DNA from: a virus
Taxonomy: Duplodnaviria > Heunggongvirae > Uroviricota > Caudoviricetes
Virus record (IMG/VR): IMGVR_UViG_3300027295_000004
Length of the DNA: 64,000 nt
Reading direction: 5' to 3' (one strand)
The stretch's first letter is position 1, and every line of letters starts with the position of its first letter. Positions 48,400-57,301 of the stretch are shown piece after piece. The notes under the pieces are model-generated. The model ran no database searches. It saw only the letters and a program-made list of their open reading frames with translations, and was not told the origin of the DNA. Position numbers and translations under genes: made by a program.

Positions 48400-49213
48400 A
48401 AAAGTTAAAATCAATATGATTGCTGGCGGGTTTCAACACAGTATATCATCAAACGACCTGCCTCCAAAATTTATTGAATGGACCAAAGACGGCTCGGCAT
48501 CGATTTCTGTTTATATAGATCATGGAATATATCATCAAACAACACCACATACAAAAAACTATGGATGGATATGTGAATCTAAAACAATTATACCCGATAT
48601 TTATTCATGGGCCGAAAATAATTCTGATTTACTGAAGACAAAATTCATAAAAGTTTTTACACATGATGCACAATTAGCCAAAACGTCAGATATATTTCAA
48701 TTAACACAATGTAGTGGCAAATCATATTTTAAGCAGGGCGAAATATATCCAAAAACTAAATTAATATCAATGATCGCATCAAATAAAATAATGTGTGCAG
48801 ACCATCAATATAGACAGCACATAATTCAAAAATTTTCAAGTAAATGTGATCATTTCGGCAGAGGTTACAATGAAATACAAAACAAAGAAAGTGGTTTAAA
48901 AGATTATTGCTTTTCAATAGCAATGGAAAATGCAACGTATTCCAACATGTTTACCGAAAAAATAACAGACTGCTTTATGACAGGCACAATCCCGATTTAC
49001 TACGGTATGCCAAATATTAGTGATTACTTTGATACTGATGGTATAATAATATTGGATGATAATTTTAAAGTCGAAGATCTGTCTTTTGAACTGTATTATT
49101 CTAAAATAAAATCAGTTGAAAAAAATCTTCAATTAGCCGTTGACTTGTTGATGGCGGAAGATTATATTTATAAAAACTTTATTGAAAATAGATACATAAA
49201 ATATGTCATTTGA
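48386..49213 (+). CDS. GT10 (fucosyltransferase-like) glycosyltransferase
   Basis: 'KDYCFSIAMEN....FTEKITDCF.TGTIPIYYG'. Confidence 0.8.
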   Translation: MMNFKKVKINMIAGGFQHSISSNDLPPKFIEWTKDGSASISVYIDHGIYHQTTPHTKNYGWICESKTIIPDIYSWAENNSDLLKTKFIKVFTHDAQLAKTSDIFQLTQCSGKSYFKQGEIYPKTKLISMIASNKIMCADHQYRQHIIQKFSSKCDHFGRGYNEIQNKESGLKDYCFSIAMENATYSNMFTEKITDCFMTGTIPIYYGMPNISDYFDTDGIIILDDNFKVEDLSFELYYSKIKSVEKNLQLAVDLLMAEDYIYKNFIENRYIKYVI

Positions 49214-49799
49214 AACCGTTAATGAATTTGAAAAGGCTGTAGCTAATTTTTTTGGTTCACCATATGCTGTCGCAGTAGATAGTTGTACTCATGGCATTGA
49301 ATTATGCTTAAGATATACAAAGGAGACAAAAATAAATGTACCTAAAAGAACGTATTTATCAGTGCCTTTTTTAGCGGAAAAAATGGGACTACAAAGAGTG
49401 TGGAGAGATGAAGAATGGGAAGACTACTATGTACTTAACTACAGTAGTAAGAAGATAATAGACGCTGCGGTTCTTTGGAGAAAGGATAGCTATATACCAA
49501 ATACATTTATGTGTATTAGCTTTCAATATCAAAAGCATCTTTCACTGGGTCGTGGTGGAATGATTTTGATTGACAATAAAAATGATTACGCTATACTTAA
49601 AAAAATGTCTTACGATGGTAGGTTACCAAATATACCATGGAGAGAACAAAATATTGATACAGTTGGATATCACTACTATATGACACCAGAGGTAGCCGAT
49701 TTAGGATTAAAAAAAATAAAACAGGCAATTGATACTGCACCTAAGAAATGGCTAGTTACTGATTGGCCCGACCTGACAAAAATGGAAATTTTTAAATAA
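49203..49799 (+). CDS. Short DegT/DnrJ/EryC1/StrS PLP-dependent sugar aminotransferase-like protein
   Basis: 'FEKAVANFFGSPYAVAVDSCTHGIEL', PLP-Lys motif 'SFQYQKHL..GRGGMI', 'GYHYYM'; only 198 aa. Confidence 0.8.
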   Translation: MSFETVNEFEKAVANFFGSPYAVAVDSCTHGIELCLRYTKETKINVPKRTYLSVPFLAEKMGLQRVWRDEEWEDYYVLNYSSKKIIDAAVLWRKDSYIPNTFMCISFQYQKHLSLGRGGMILIDNKNDYAILKKMSYDGRLPNIPWREQNIDTVGYHYYMTPEVADLGLKKIKQAIDTAPKKWLVTDWPDLTKMEIFK

Positions 49800-49803
49800 A
49801 ATT

Positions 49804-50841
49804 ATGGAAAAAGAAAAAATTAATTATAAAGGCCGCCGGGCGTTTCTGACGGGTACTAACGGACAGGACGGAAGCTACCTGGTCGAATATTTACTGGATT
49901 TGGGTTATGAAGTTCACGGCATTATAAGAAGAAATTCAACTGTAGAATCACAACAAAGCAGATTTAGTGAAGATGTCAGACATAAAGTTAATATTCATTA
50001 CGGAGATTTACTAGATCAGGGTGGTTTAGAAAAATTATTGGATCAAATACAACCGGATGAGATTTATAACCTTGCAGCCCAAAGCCATGTCAGGATTAGT
50101 TTTGACATTCCACAATTTACAATTCAAACAAACGCTATTGGTGTTCTTAATATTTTAGAAGCATATAGACGTTCTTGCCCAAGTGCTAGATTTTATCAAG
50201 CGAGTTCGTCTGAAATGTTTGGAAATTCTGTAGATATAGATGGGTTTCAGAGAGAAACAACCCCCATGAATCCTGTTAGTCCTTATGGCTGTTCTAAAGT
50301 TTTTGGTTATAATATCGTCAGAAATTATCGCAACGCATATAAATTGCATGCGTGCAATGGAATATTATTTAACCACGAATCACCAAGAAGAGGGTCAAAT
50401 TTTGTAACCAATAAAGTAGTCAAAACGGCAGTTGAAATAAAATTAGGATTAACTGATAATTTAGTATTGGGTAATATGGATTCTTATCGCGATTGGGGCC
50501 ACTCAAAAGATTATGTAAAAGCAATGCACATGATAGTAAATCATGATATTCCAGATGATTTTGTTGTGTCAACAATGACAACACATTCAGTTAGAGAAAT
50601 GGTTGAATATGTTTTTAAAAAATTAGATTTAGATTATACTAAATACGTGTCGCAAGATCAAAAATTTTTAAGAGCAGAGGAATTAAAATACTTAAAAGGC
50701 GATTCTACAAAAATAAGAAAAACACTAGGATGGGAACCAGAATATAATTTCGAAACGCTCATGGATGATATGATAGGTGAGTGGACGGCTAAGTTAGAAA
50801 AAAACTATGAAAAAAATATATTCAAAAGTTGTGCCAGATAA
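49804..50841 (+). CDS. gmd: GDP-mannose 4,6-dehydratase
   Basis: 'TGTNGQDGSYL', 'YNLAAQSHV', 'FYQASSSEMFG', 'PVSPYGCSK', 'LFNHESPRRG..FVT', 'RDWGH'. Confidence 0.96.
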   Translation: MEKEKINYKGRRAFLTGTNGQDGSYLVEYLLDLGYEVHGIIRRNSTVESQQSRFSEDVRHKVNIHYGDLLDQGGLEKLLDQIQPDEIYNLAAQSHVRISFDIPQFTIQTNAIGVLNILEAYRRSCPSARFYQASSSEMFGNSVDIDGFQRETTPMNPVSPYGCSKVFGYNIVRNYRNAYKLHACNGILFNHESPRRGSNFVTNKVVKTAVEIKLGLTDNLVLGNMDSYRDWGHSKDYVKAMHMIVNHDIPDDFVVSTMTTHSVREMVEYVFKKLDLDYTKYVSQDQKFLRAEELKYLKGDSTKIRKTLGWEPEYNFETLMDDMIGEWTAKLEKNYEKNIFKSCAR

Positions 50842-51220
50842 ACTACTTCACATAATAAACAGATTAAGTGAAATAGAATCAAGAACCGAAATAGTGCCGG
50901 AAAATAATTTTATTCAATGTGCATCATTAAATATGCCAAAAAATAAAACATTCCCCCCTCATAAACATATAACAAAAAAAAGAACCCATGAGAATCAGAT
51001 AGCGCAGGAATCTTGGATTGTAATAAAGGGCAGTGTTAAGTGTTTTTTATATGATCTAGACGATACTATCATCGCTGAGGAAGTTCTTCTACCAGGTGAC
51101 GCAAGTTTCACTCTTTATGGAGGCCATACATATCTAATATTAGAAGACGATACAATAGTTTACGAATATAAAACTGGCCCATACGAAGGCGCAAATTTAG
51201 ATAAAGAATTTATATCTTAG
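50807..51220 (+). CDS. WbuC-like cupin-fold protein
   Basis: 'FPPHKH', 'QESWIVIKG', 'GGHTY', 'EYKTGPY'. Confidence 0.75.
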   Translation: MKKIYSKVVPDKLLHIINRLSEIESRTEIVPENNFIQCASLNMPKNKTFPPHKHITKKRTHENQIAQESWIVIKGSVKCFLYDLDDTIIAEEVLLPGDASFTLYGGHTYLILEDDTIVYEYKTGPYEGANLDKEFIS

Positions 51221-51223
51221 TTC

Positions 51224-51252
51224 TTGATTTTTTTAACATAGTGCTTTATAGT
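51224..51252 (+). promoter_or_regulatory. sigma70-like promoter for gp46
   Basis: TTGATT-17 nt-TATAGT, 8 nt before the ATG. Confidence 0.5.
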
Positions 51253-51260
51253 AATTCACA

Positions 51261-53072
51261 ATGAAGCGAGTTGTCTTAAAAAAATTAAAGATCAAAAATT
51301 TTCTAAGCATTGGAGATGAATGGGTCGAACTGGATATCAAACCAGGTCTAACTTTCATTACAGGATATAATCACGACAAAAATAGCTCAAACGGAGTCGG
51401 TAAATCTGCATTGTTTACCGACTCCTTTTTCTTTTCTCTTTATGGCAATACTCTCCGAAAGCTAAACAAAAAAGAAATAGCTAATAACATTACAGGCAAG
51501 CCCTGCAAATCAGTTATTACATTTGACGTATACGACAACCACAACAAGGATGAATATATTCTTATGAGGCAGTTGTCGCCTTCAAAAATGCAGCTGTATA
51601 AAAACGGTATTGATATAACCCAAAATATCCGTGAGACTGACAACGTAATCGAGAACACCATAAATGCTACTGCAGATGTATTCAAATACGCGGTTATTAT
51701 GACGCTCAATGATTCTATCGGATTTATGAATCAGAATAAAAATGACCGCAGAAAATTCATTGAAAGCATATTGCATCTAGGTGTCTTTACTGACATGGCA
51801 AAGGTTCATTCAAAGATTATTTCCGAAACCAAGAAAGATTTTGAAGTAGCGTCGAGTAGATTAGATGACTCGAAAAAAACTCTTGCTCAGTATGAAGAGC
51901 AGGCACAAAAGAGCATTGAAAGAAGACAAAGCAAAGTCACAGAGTTACAGGAACGTATTCAATCAAATGCAACAGAAATTGGTAGATTAACGGAAAAATT
52001 AAATTCAATCGTAATACCTGATGCAGAAAAGTTGGCAATCAATAAACAACTCATTGAGCAAAAACAAGACGAACTTCGAAAAACTAAAGATGTTGTTTTG
52101 ACTAATAAAACACGCATTAGCTTTGAAATAAAGATACACAAACAAAGGATATCACATATTAGCAATCACGGCCCTTCATGTGATAAATGTCTGCGTGTTT
52201 TTACCGAATCCGACATTAAAAACCAAGATGATGAAATTGAAAAATTAAAACAATCAATAGAAGAACATACGCTCCAAATAACAAAATGGACTAATGTGCA
52301 TAATGAAATTGAATCAAGATTAATAAAATGTAGCGATGCATTGAATGAAATTAATCAAAAGCTGGTCTATGGAGAAACAAAGAAAAGCGAAAAATCAAGC
52401 ATAGAGTCACGCATTAACCAACTAAGAAATTGGACAGCCACTATTGAAAGTGATTTGGCTAATCTAAATCTAGAAGATGATGATTTTACGAAAATAATCA
52501 ATACAGCAGTCAGCCATCTTAACACCATCGAAATTAAAGTCAAAGAAGAGGCAGATAAAATTGAAATTCTTGAAATAGTTAAGTTCTTATTATCTGAAGA
52601 AGGCATTAAGAAATTTATTGTCAAAAAAATTCTCAAGCTGCTTAATTCAAGACTTGCACATTATCTAAAGGCATTAAACGCCCCATGTACATGCACATTT
52701 GATGATGTGTTCGAAGAGAAAATTAACAATGATAAAGGAATTGAATGTTCTTATGAATCGTTTTCTGGCGGCGAAAGAAAAAGAATCGATCTTGCAATGT
52801 TATTCACATTCCAAGACATTCGCCGGTTACAGTCTAATACAACTATTAACATTAGTGTGTATGATGAATTAATTGATTCTGCTTTATCCAGCGAAGGTGT
52901 TACTAGTGTTCTAGATATGCTTAAAGAAAGATCGGTGAAGTACAGTGAAGCAATGTATATCATCACACACCGAAAGGAAAATGCAACACTTATGAACGAC
53001 GCCAATGTAATCTTTTTAGAGAAAAAAAATGGCATAACCGAATTGACATTGAGGGAAACTGCTACTATTTAA
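51261..53072 (+). CDS. gp46: Rad50/SbcC-like ATPase (T4 gp46)
   Basis: 'NGVGKS', zinc hook 'CDKC', 'FSGGERKRIDLA', 'YDELID', 'IITH'. Confidence 0.95.
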   Translation: MKRVVLKKLKIKNFLSIGDEWVELDIKPGLTFITGYNHDKNSSNGVGKSALFTDSFFFSLYGNTLRKLNKKEIANNITGKPCKSVITFDVYDNHNKDEYILMRQLSPSKMQLYKNGIDITQNIRETDNVIENTINATADVFKYAVIMTLNDSIGFMNQNKNDRRKFIESILHLGVFTDMAKVHSKIISETKKDFEVASSRLDDSKKTLAQYEEQAQKSIERRQSKVTELQERIQSNATEIGRLTEKLNSIVIPDAEKLAINKQLIEQKQDELRKTKDVVLTNKTRISFEIKIHKQRISHISNHGPSCDKCLRVFTESDIKNQDDEIEKLKQSIEEHTLQITKWTNVHNEIESRLIKCSDALNEINQKLVYGETKKSEKSSIESRINQLRNWTATIESDLANLNLEDDDFTKIINTAVSHLNTIEIKVKEEADKIEILEIVKFLLSEEGIKKFIVKKILKLLNSRLAHYLKALNAPCTCTFDDVFEEKINNDKGIECSYESFSGGERKRIDLAMLFTFQDIRRLQSNTTINISVYDELIDSALSSEGVTSVLDMLKERSVKYSEAMYIITHRKENATLMNDANVIFLEKKNGITELTLRETATI

Positions 53073-53084
53073 TTTCTAAATTAT

Positions 53085-54341
53085 ATGCATTTTAATACCC
53101 AGCCACATATTCATGGTAGTGTTTTCGGCAAGCCCGCATTTGGAAATTATAATCCAGAATTCTTCCGCCATAGGATGGATCAACAAACAGAGCAGTTGAG
53201 AAATTCTCAACAGGTTGTCAATACTACTGAACCTCCAGGTGCGGGCCTCAAGAGAGCTATTCATTTCTATGCTGATTATGGTGGGTGTGGATTATGGAGA
53301 ATGTCATGGCCAGAATTGCTAATGAATGGGTATAATAAAACAGTAGTCAATGGGTTGACACAAATGAATACGGATCCCAATTTTTACAGACCAGTAAATG
53401 CTATCAAATTACAAAGACAAGCAACTAACGAACAACTCATGTTTGTTAAATTCTTGAAATCAATGCAAAAAGAGTTTGGATTTAAATTGATCTACGAAGT
53501 GGATGATGTTGTATTCTCCGAAGATATCCCCCTATACAACACAAGCAGACCTGCATTTACAGATCCCCAAATTAGAAGTAATATTATAGAAATTATTAAT
53601 CTATGTGATGAAATGTGTGTAGTCTCTCCATACATGAGAGATTACTATAAGAAAAAATCAGGCAAGCAAGAAATCAACGTCATTCCAAACTATGCCCCTA
53701 AATTCTGGCTTCATGATTTTTATGACCCGATTAAGATTGACAAGAATTACGTCAAAAATAAAAAGAAACCAATAATCGGGTATATGGGATCTGGCACTCA
53801 TTTTGACCCGGCTAATACTGCGAATCAACAAGATGACTTTGCACATGTTATTGAAGCAATTATCAAAACGCGGAATAAGTTTCAGTGGGTATTTATGGGT
53901 GGCATTCCGATGAGATTGCTGCCCTTTGTAAATCGAAAAGAAATTATTCACGTGCCGTGGGTAAACATTTACGAAATGCCAAGAACATTTGGATCTCTTA
54001 ATATCAATGCCGTAATCGCACCACTCGCACGTAATGAATTCAATCGTGCAAAATCGGATATCAAAATGCTTGAGGCTGGTGCATTAGGTATTCCCGGAGT
54101 ATATCAAGACATGGAACCATACCAAGAGGCGCCGTTCAAATTCAAAACAGGCGATGAAATGATTTCTAAATTAGAAACACTGCTTAAAGATAGAAATGAA
54201 TACCTTAAGCAATCAGTGAAGGCGCGCAAATTTGCAGAGAAGAGATGGCTAGATGACCATCTTGATGAACATGTTGAGATGCTGTTCAAGATGCCAACCG
54301 AAAATAGACCAGCCATCGCTAATAATGGATTCAATGTATAA
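53085..54341 (+). CDS. GT-B fold glycosyltransferase (GT4-like)
   Basis: 'GCGLWRM.WP', 'IYEVDDV', 'VIPNY.P', 'IGYMGSGTH', 'IAPL..NEFNRAKSDIKMLEAGALGIP'. Confidence 0.8.
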   Translation: MHFNTQPHIHGSVFGKPAFGNYNPEFFRHRMDQQTEQLRNSQQVVNTTEPPGAGLKRAIHFYADYGGCGLWRMSWPELLMNGYNKTVVNGLTQMNTDPNFYRPVNAIKLQRQATNEQLMFVKFLKSMQKEFGFKLIYEVDDVVFSEDIPLYNTSRPAFTDPQIRSNIIEIINLCDEMCVVSPYMRDYYKKKSGKQEINVIPNYAPKFWLHDFYDPIKIDKNYVKNKKKPIIGYMGSGTHFDPANTANQQDDFAHVIEAIIKTRNKFQWVFMGGIPMRLLPFVNRKEIIHVPWVNIYEMPRTFGSLNINAVIAPLARNEFNRAKSDIKMLEAGALGIPGVYQDMEPYQEAPFKFKTGDEMISKLETLLKDRNEYLKQSVKARKFAEKRWLDDHLDEHVEMLFKMPTENRPAIANNGFNV

Positions 54342-54346
54342 TTTGC

Positions 54347-54375
54347 TTGATTAATGAGCCACCACATGTTATGAT
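54347..54375 (+). promoter_or_regulatory. sigma70-like promoter for the polymerase N-fragment
   Basis: TTGATT-17 nt-TATGAT with TG extension; ATG 5 nt downstream. Confidence 0.6.
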
Positions 54376-54380
54376 ATCTC

Positions 54381-54806
54381 ATGTGGAGAAATGTTTACTA
54401 TGACAATAGCCGCAAGAAGATTTTCTTGTGGAGTTGGGATAAAAATGGCAAACGCAAAATGTATGATTTTGAGTATGAGCCATTCTTGTATGTAGAGACA
54501 AACAGTGCTCAGTATGATGCAAAAAGTCTTTTCAATACCAACCTTAAAAAGATTGTATTCAAAAACGAATCAGCAAGAAATCAATATGTAAAGGATGCAG
54601 GCATTCGTCGTGTGTTCTATAACTTGAGAGCAGAGCAACAATTTTTACTTGATCTTTATCGCGATAAAGAATTTGATTGGTCTCATTTGCCATTCAAAAC
54701 ATTTTATTTGGATATTGAAGTTTATACTGCAAAGTATAAAAATGATAAAAAAGTCAAAATACGCAAAAAGATAGACACACAAAAAACGCGGGGAAGCAAT
54801 ATCTAA
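54381..54806 (+). CDS. gp43: Family B DNA polymerase, N-terminal fragment (N-domain to Exo I 'DIE')
   Basis: 'MWRNVYYD...LW.WD..G.R....F..EPFLYVE', 'QQFL.D.Y', ends 'YLDIEVYTAKYKNDKKVKIRKK...'. Confidence 0.85.
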   Translation: MWRNVYYDNSRKKIFLWSWDKNGKRKMYDFEYEPFLYVETNSAQYDAKSLFNTNLKKIVFKNESARNQYVKDAGIRRVFYNLRAEQQFLLDLYRDKEFDWSHLPFKTFYLDIEVYTAKYKNDKKVKIRKKIDTQKTRGSNI

Positions 54807-54951
54807 AGCAAAAAAAGGAGTCAAAACAAACCAAAAACAATTAACATCGTCAAGACTTAAAAAAATGTCAGACGAAGAATTTGAAATCTATTTATCGAAA
54901 ATTAATCCATGCACAAGAAAACGCATGATACACTACCGAAACAATGAATGA
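54775..54951 (+). pseudogene. Start-less remnant resembling the C-terminus of a homing endonuclease (NUMOD3-like)
   Basis: Third frame, opened by TAG at 54772, reads 'THKKRGEAISKAKKGVKTNQKQLTSSRLKKMSDEEFEIYLSKINPCTRKRMIHYRNNE*'; its stop overlaps the start of the PolB C-fragment. Confidence 0.45.
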
Positions 54952-57301
54952 AGTAATTGAAACAACATTGGGTGAAATCCGTGGAAATCCGCAACTACTT
55001 GAGCAATATGAAATCTGGGACGAAGAGACAAAGGAATGGACTTCATATCATAATTCATGCTATACTCATCAGTCAGAATTTCCAGAAGCAGACGAAGCAA
55101 AACATCCAATCAACGTAATCACAATTTATGATAACATATCTGAAAGCTTTTATAGTTGGGGTTTACATCCGTACGAAAAATCTGGCATCAACGCCGCGTT
55201 CGCATCGCAAGGAATTAAAGAGTTGGATGTTCAGAGAATCCATTATACCTATTGTAGAACCGAAACGGAGTTGCTCCAAAAATTTCTAGAGTTTTGGTCT
55301 AAAGATTATCCAGATGCAGTAACCGGATGGAATATTGAAGGGTTTGATATTCCATATATCATTAATCGGATTTCTTATGTTTTGGGAGAGGATGAAGCAA
55401 AGATGCTCTCTCCTGTGCGCAAGCTTTATGTTCGACAAGGAATTGCTACAAAGTTTGGCAGAGAAATTAATAAGTGGTATATTCGAGGAATGACTTGTCT
55501 TGATTATATGGACTTGTACAAGACCTTTAGTAGAGGAGAACAAGATTCATATTCTCTTAACAACATTGCAGCAGCAGAGCTTGAAATTGGTAAATTGGCC
55601 CACAATGCGTCGGATTTGGCAGCGCTTGCTGAAAGCGATTGGAATTCATTTGTTCATTACAATATTCATGACGTAAACCTTGTCAGATTGTTGGACGAAA
55701 AATTGAATTATGTTACTATTGCGAGATTCTTAGCTTATAAAGGATTTACCAAAATCGAAGACTCATTGGGTAAAATTATGATAGTGACTGGTGCGATGTG
55801 CAAGGAAGCTAATCGCATGAATAAAATCATTCCGACATTCAATGCAGTTGCAACACAAGAGGATTATGTTGGTGGATATGTCCGAGAACCGCAGCGTGGG
55901 TTGAATGAAGCAGTTGTATCATTTGACGCCAACTCCCTATATCCAAATACGATCATCACCCTGAATCTTTCACCGGAAACAAAAATCGGTAAAATCATTT
56001 ACAGGGATGACACCGAATGCAAAGTAAGATTTATCAACAAAAAAGAACAAGTATTTACCATAGACCAGCTTGAGGAATTTTGTACAAAAGGAAGGCTTGC
56101 ATTATCACAAGCAGGTGTTTTGTATCGTCAAGATGTCAAAGGCATTTGTCCGACTTTTATTGATTCACTTTATCAAGAACGGGTTGTTATCCAAAACCAA
56201 ATTGAACAGCTTGAATCACAGCAAGTAACACCAGAAATTAAACATAAGATTAAGCATTTGGATCAGATGCAGTACACAATCAAGATTTTCTTGAATTCTG
56301 CGTATGGTACTTATGCGAACAAATACAGTCCGTTCTATGATATTGATATGGCTGCAAGTATTACGGAAACAGGGCAGGCGGTTATTAAACAAGCAGCATC
56401 GATTGTTAATAAATTCTTTGTCGAGGAAAATGGTTTGCCGGATAAGGATTATATCGTATATGGAGACACAGATTCGGTTTATTTAACTATTAAAGATTAC
56501 CTCACAAAACATAATATTCCGATCTTAAAGGAAAACGGAGACGTTACAGAAGAATGCGTTGCAGCAACGGATACACTACAGTCATTCATCAATGATAAAA
56601 TTAATCATTGGGCGCGCAATACATTACATTCAGTAGATCCGCGATACTTCTTCAAGAGAGAATCAATTTGTGATGTTGGTCTTTTCTTGGAAAAGAAACG
56701 GTATATTCTTAGTGTGAGGTATGATGGCAAAAGAAACAAACACAAATACAAATATGTTGGTGTTGAAGTTCAGCGCAGTACATATTCAAATGCTGTTAAG
56801 AAGTTGATGAAGGATATCATTACGACCGCGTTTAAATCAAAAGATCGTGCGATTACTGACGCAAAGTATAGAGAGTGTTATGAGAGTTTCAAGACCTTAC
56901 CAATTGATGATATTGCATTGCGTTCCTCTATTAAAGATTATGAGAAATATGCTTCACAGTCGAACGGATTCAATATTGCATTGCATACTCCTATTCATGT
57001 CAAATCGGCGATTTATTTCAATACATTAATTAATACATTGAATTTGAAATCAAAATACATGCCAATCATTTCGGGCACAAAGATTCGGTATGTATACACA
57101 GCCCAAAACAAATACGGGCTCAAATGTATTGGATTTAATGACACAATCCCACCAGAGTTCGACATTAAAATCGACACAGAAAAAATGTTTGAGAAGCTAG
57201 TTGCACCTTGCATTGAAAGAGTGTATAGTTGTATCGGCTGGCAAATTCCAGACATGAGCAGACAATATCAATGTGATTTTTTAGATCTTTTTGCCTTATG
57301 A
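54944..57301 (+). CDS. gp43: Family B DNA polymerase, C-terminal fragment (rest of exonuclease plus polymerase)
   Basis: Exo II 'TGWNIEGFDIPYI', Exo III 'YNIHDV', 'SFDANSLYP', 'KIFLNSAYG', 'YGDTDS'. Confidence 0.95.
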   Translation: MNEVIETTLGEIRGNPQLLEQYEIWDEETKEWTSYHNSCYTHQSEFPEADEAKHPINVITIYDNISESFYSWGLHPYEKSGINAAFASQGIKELDVQRIHYTYCRTETELLQKFLEFWSKDYPDAVTGWNIEGFDIPYIINRISYVLGEDEAKMLSPVRKLYVRQGIATKFGREINKWYIRGMTCLDYMDLYKTFSRGEQDSYSLNNIAAAELEIGKLAHNASDLAALAESDWNSFVHYNIHDVNLVRLLDEKLNYVTIARFLAYKGFTKIEDSLGKIMIVTGAMCKEANRMNKIIPTFNAVATQEDYVGGYVREPQRGLNEAVVSFDANSLYPNTIITLNLSPETKIGKIIYRDDTECKVRFINKKEQVFTIDQLEEFCTKGRLALSQAGVLYRQDVKGICPTFIDSLYQERVVIQNQIEQLESQQVTPEIKHKIKHLDQMQYTIKIFLNSAYGTYANKYSPFYDIDMAASITETGQAVIKQAASIVNKFFVEENGLPDKDYIVYGDTDSVYLTIKDYLTKHNIPILKENGDVTEECVAATDTLQSFINDKINHWARNTLHSVDPRYFFKRESICDVGLFLEKKRYILSVRYDGKRNKHKYKYVGVEVQRSTYSNAVKKLMKDIITTAFKSKDRAITDAKYRECYESFKTLPIDDIALRSSIKDYEKYASQSNGFNIALHTPIHVKSAIYFNTLINTLNLKSKYMPIISGTKIRYVYTAQNKYGLKCIGFNDTIPPEFDIKIDTEKMFEKLVAPCIERVYSCIGWQIPDMSRQYQCDFLDLFAL

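Noticed and set aside
54381-54951. Group I intron or a simple sequencing frameshift as the cause of the PolB split
   Set aside because: The spacer is short, A-rich and lacks recognisable P/Q/R/S elements; a single indel cannot join the frames because each has stops and ~55 foreign codons intervene. An assembly artefact still needs a read check.
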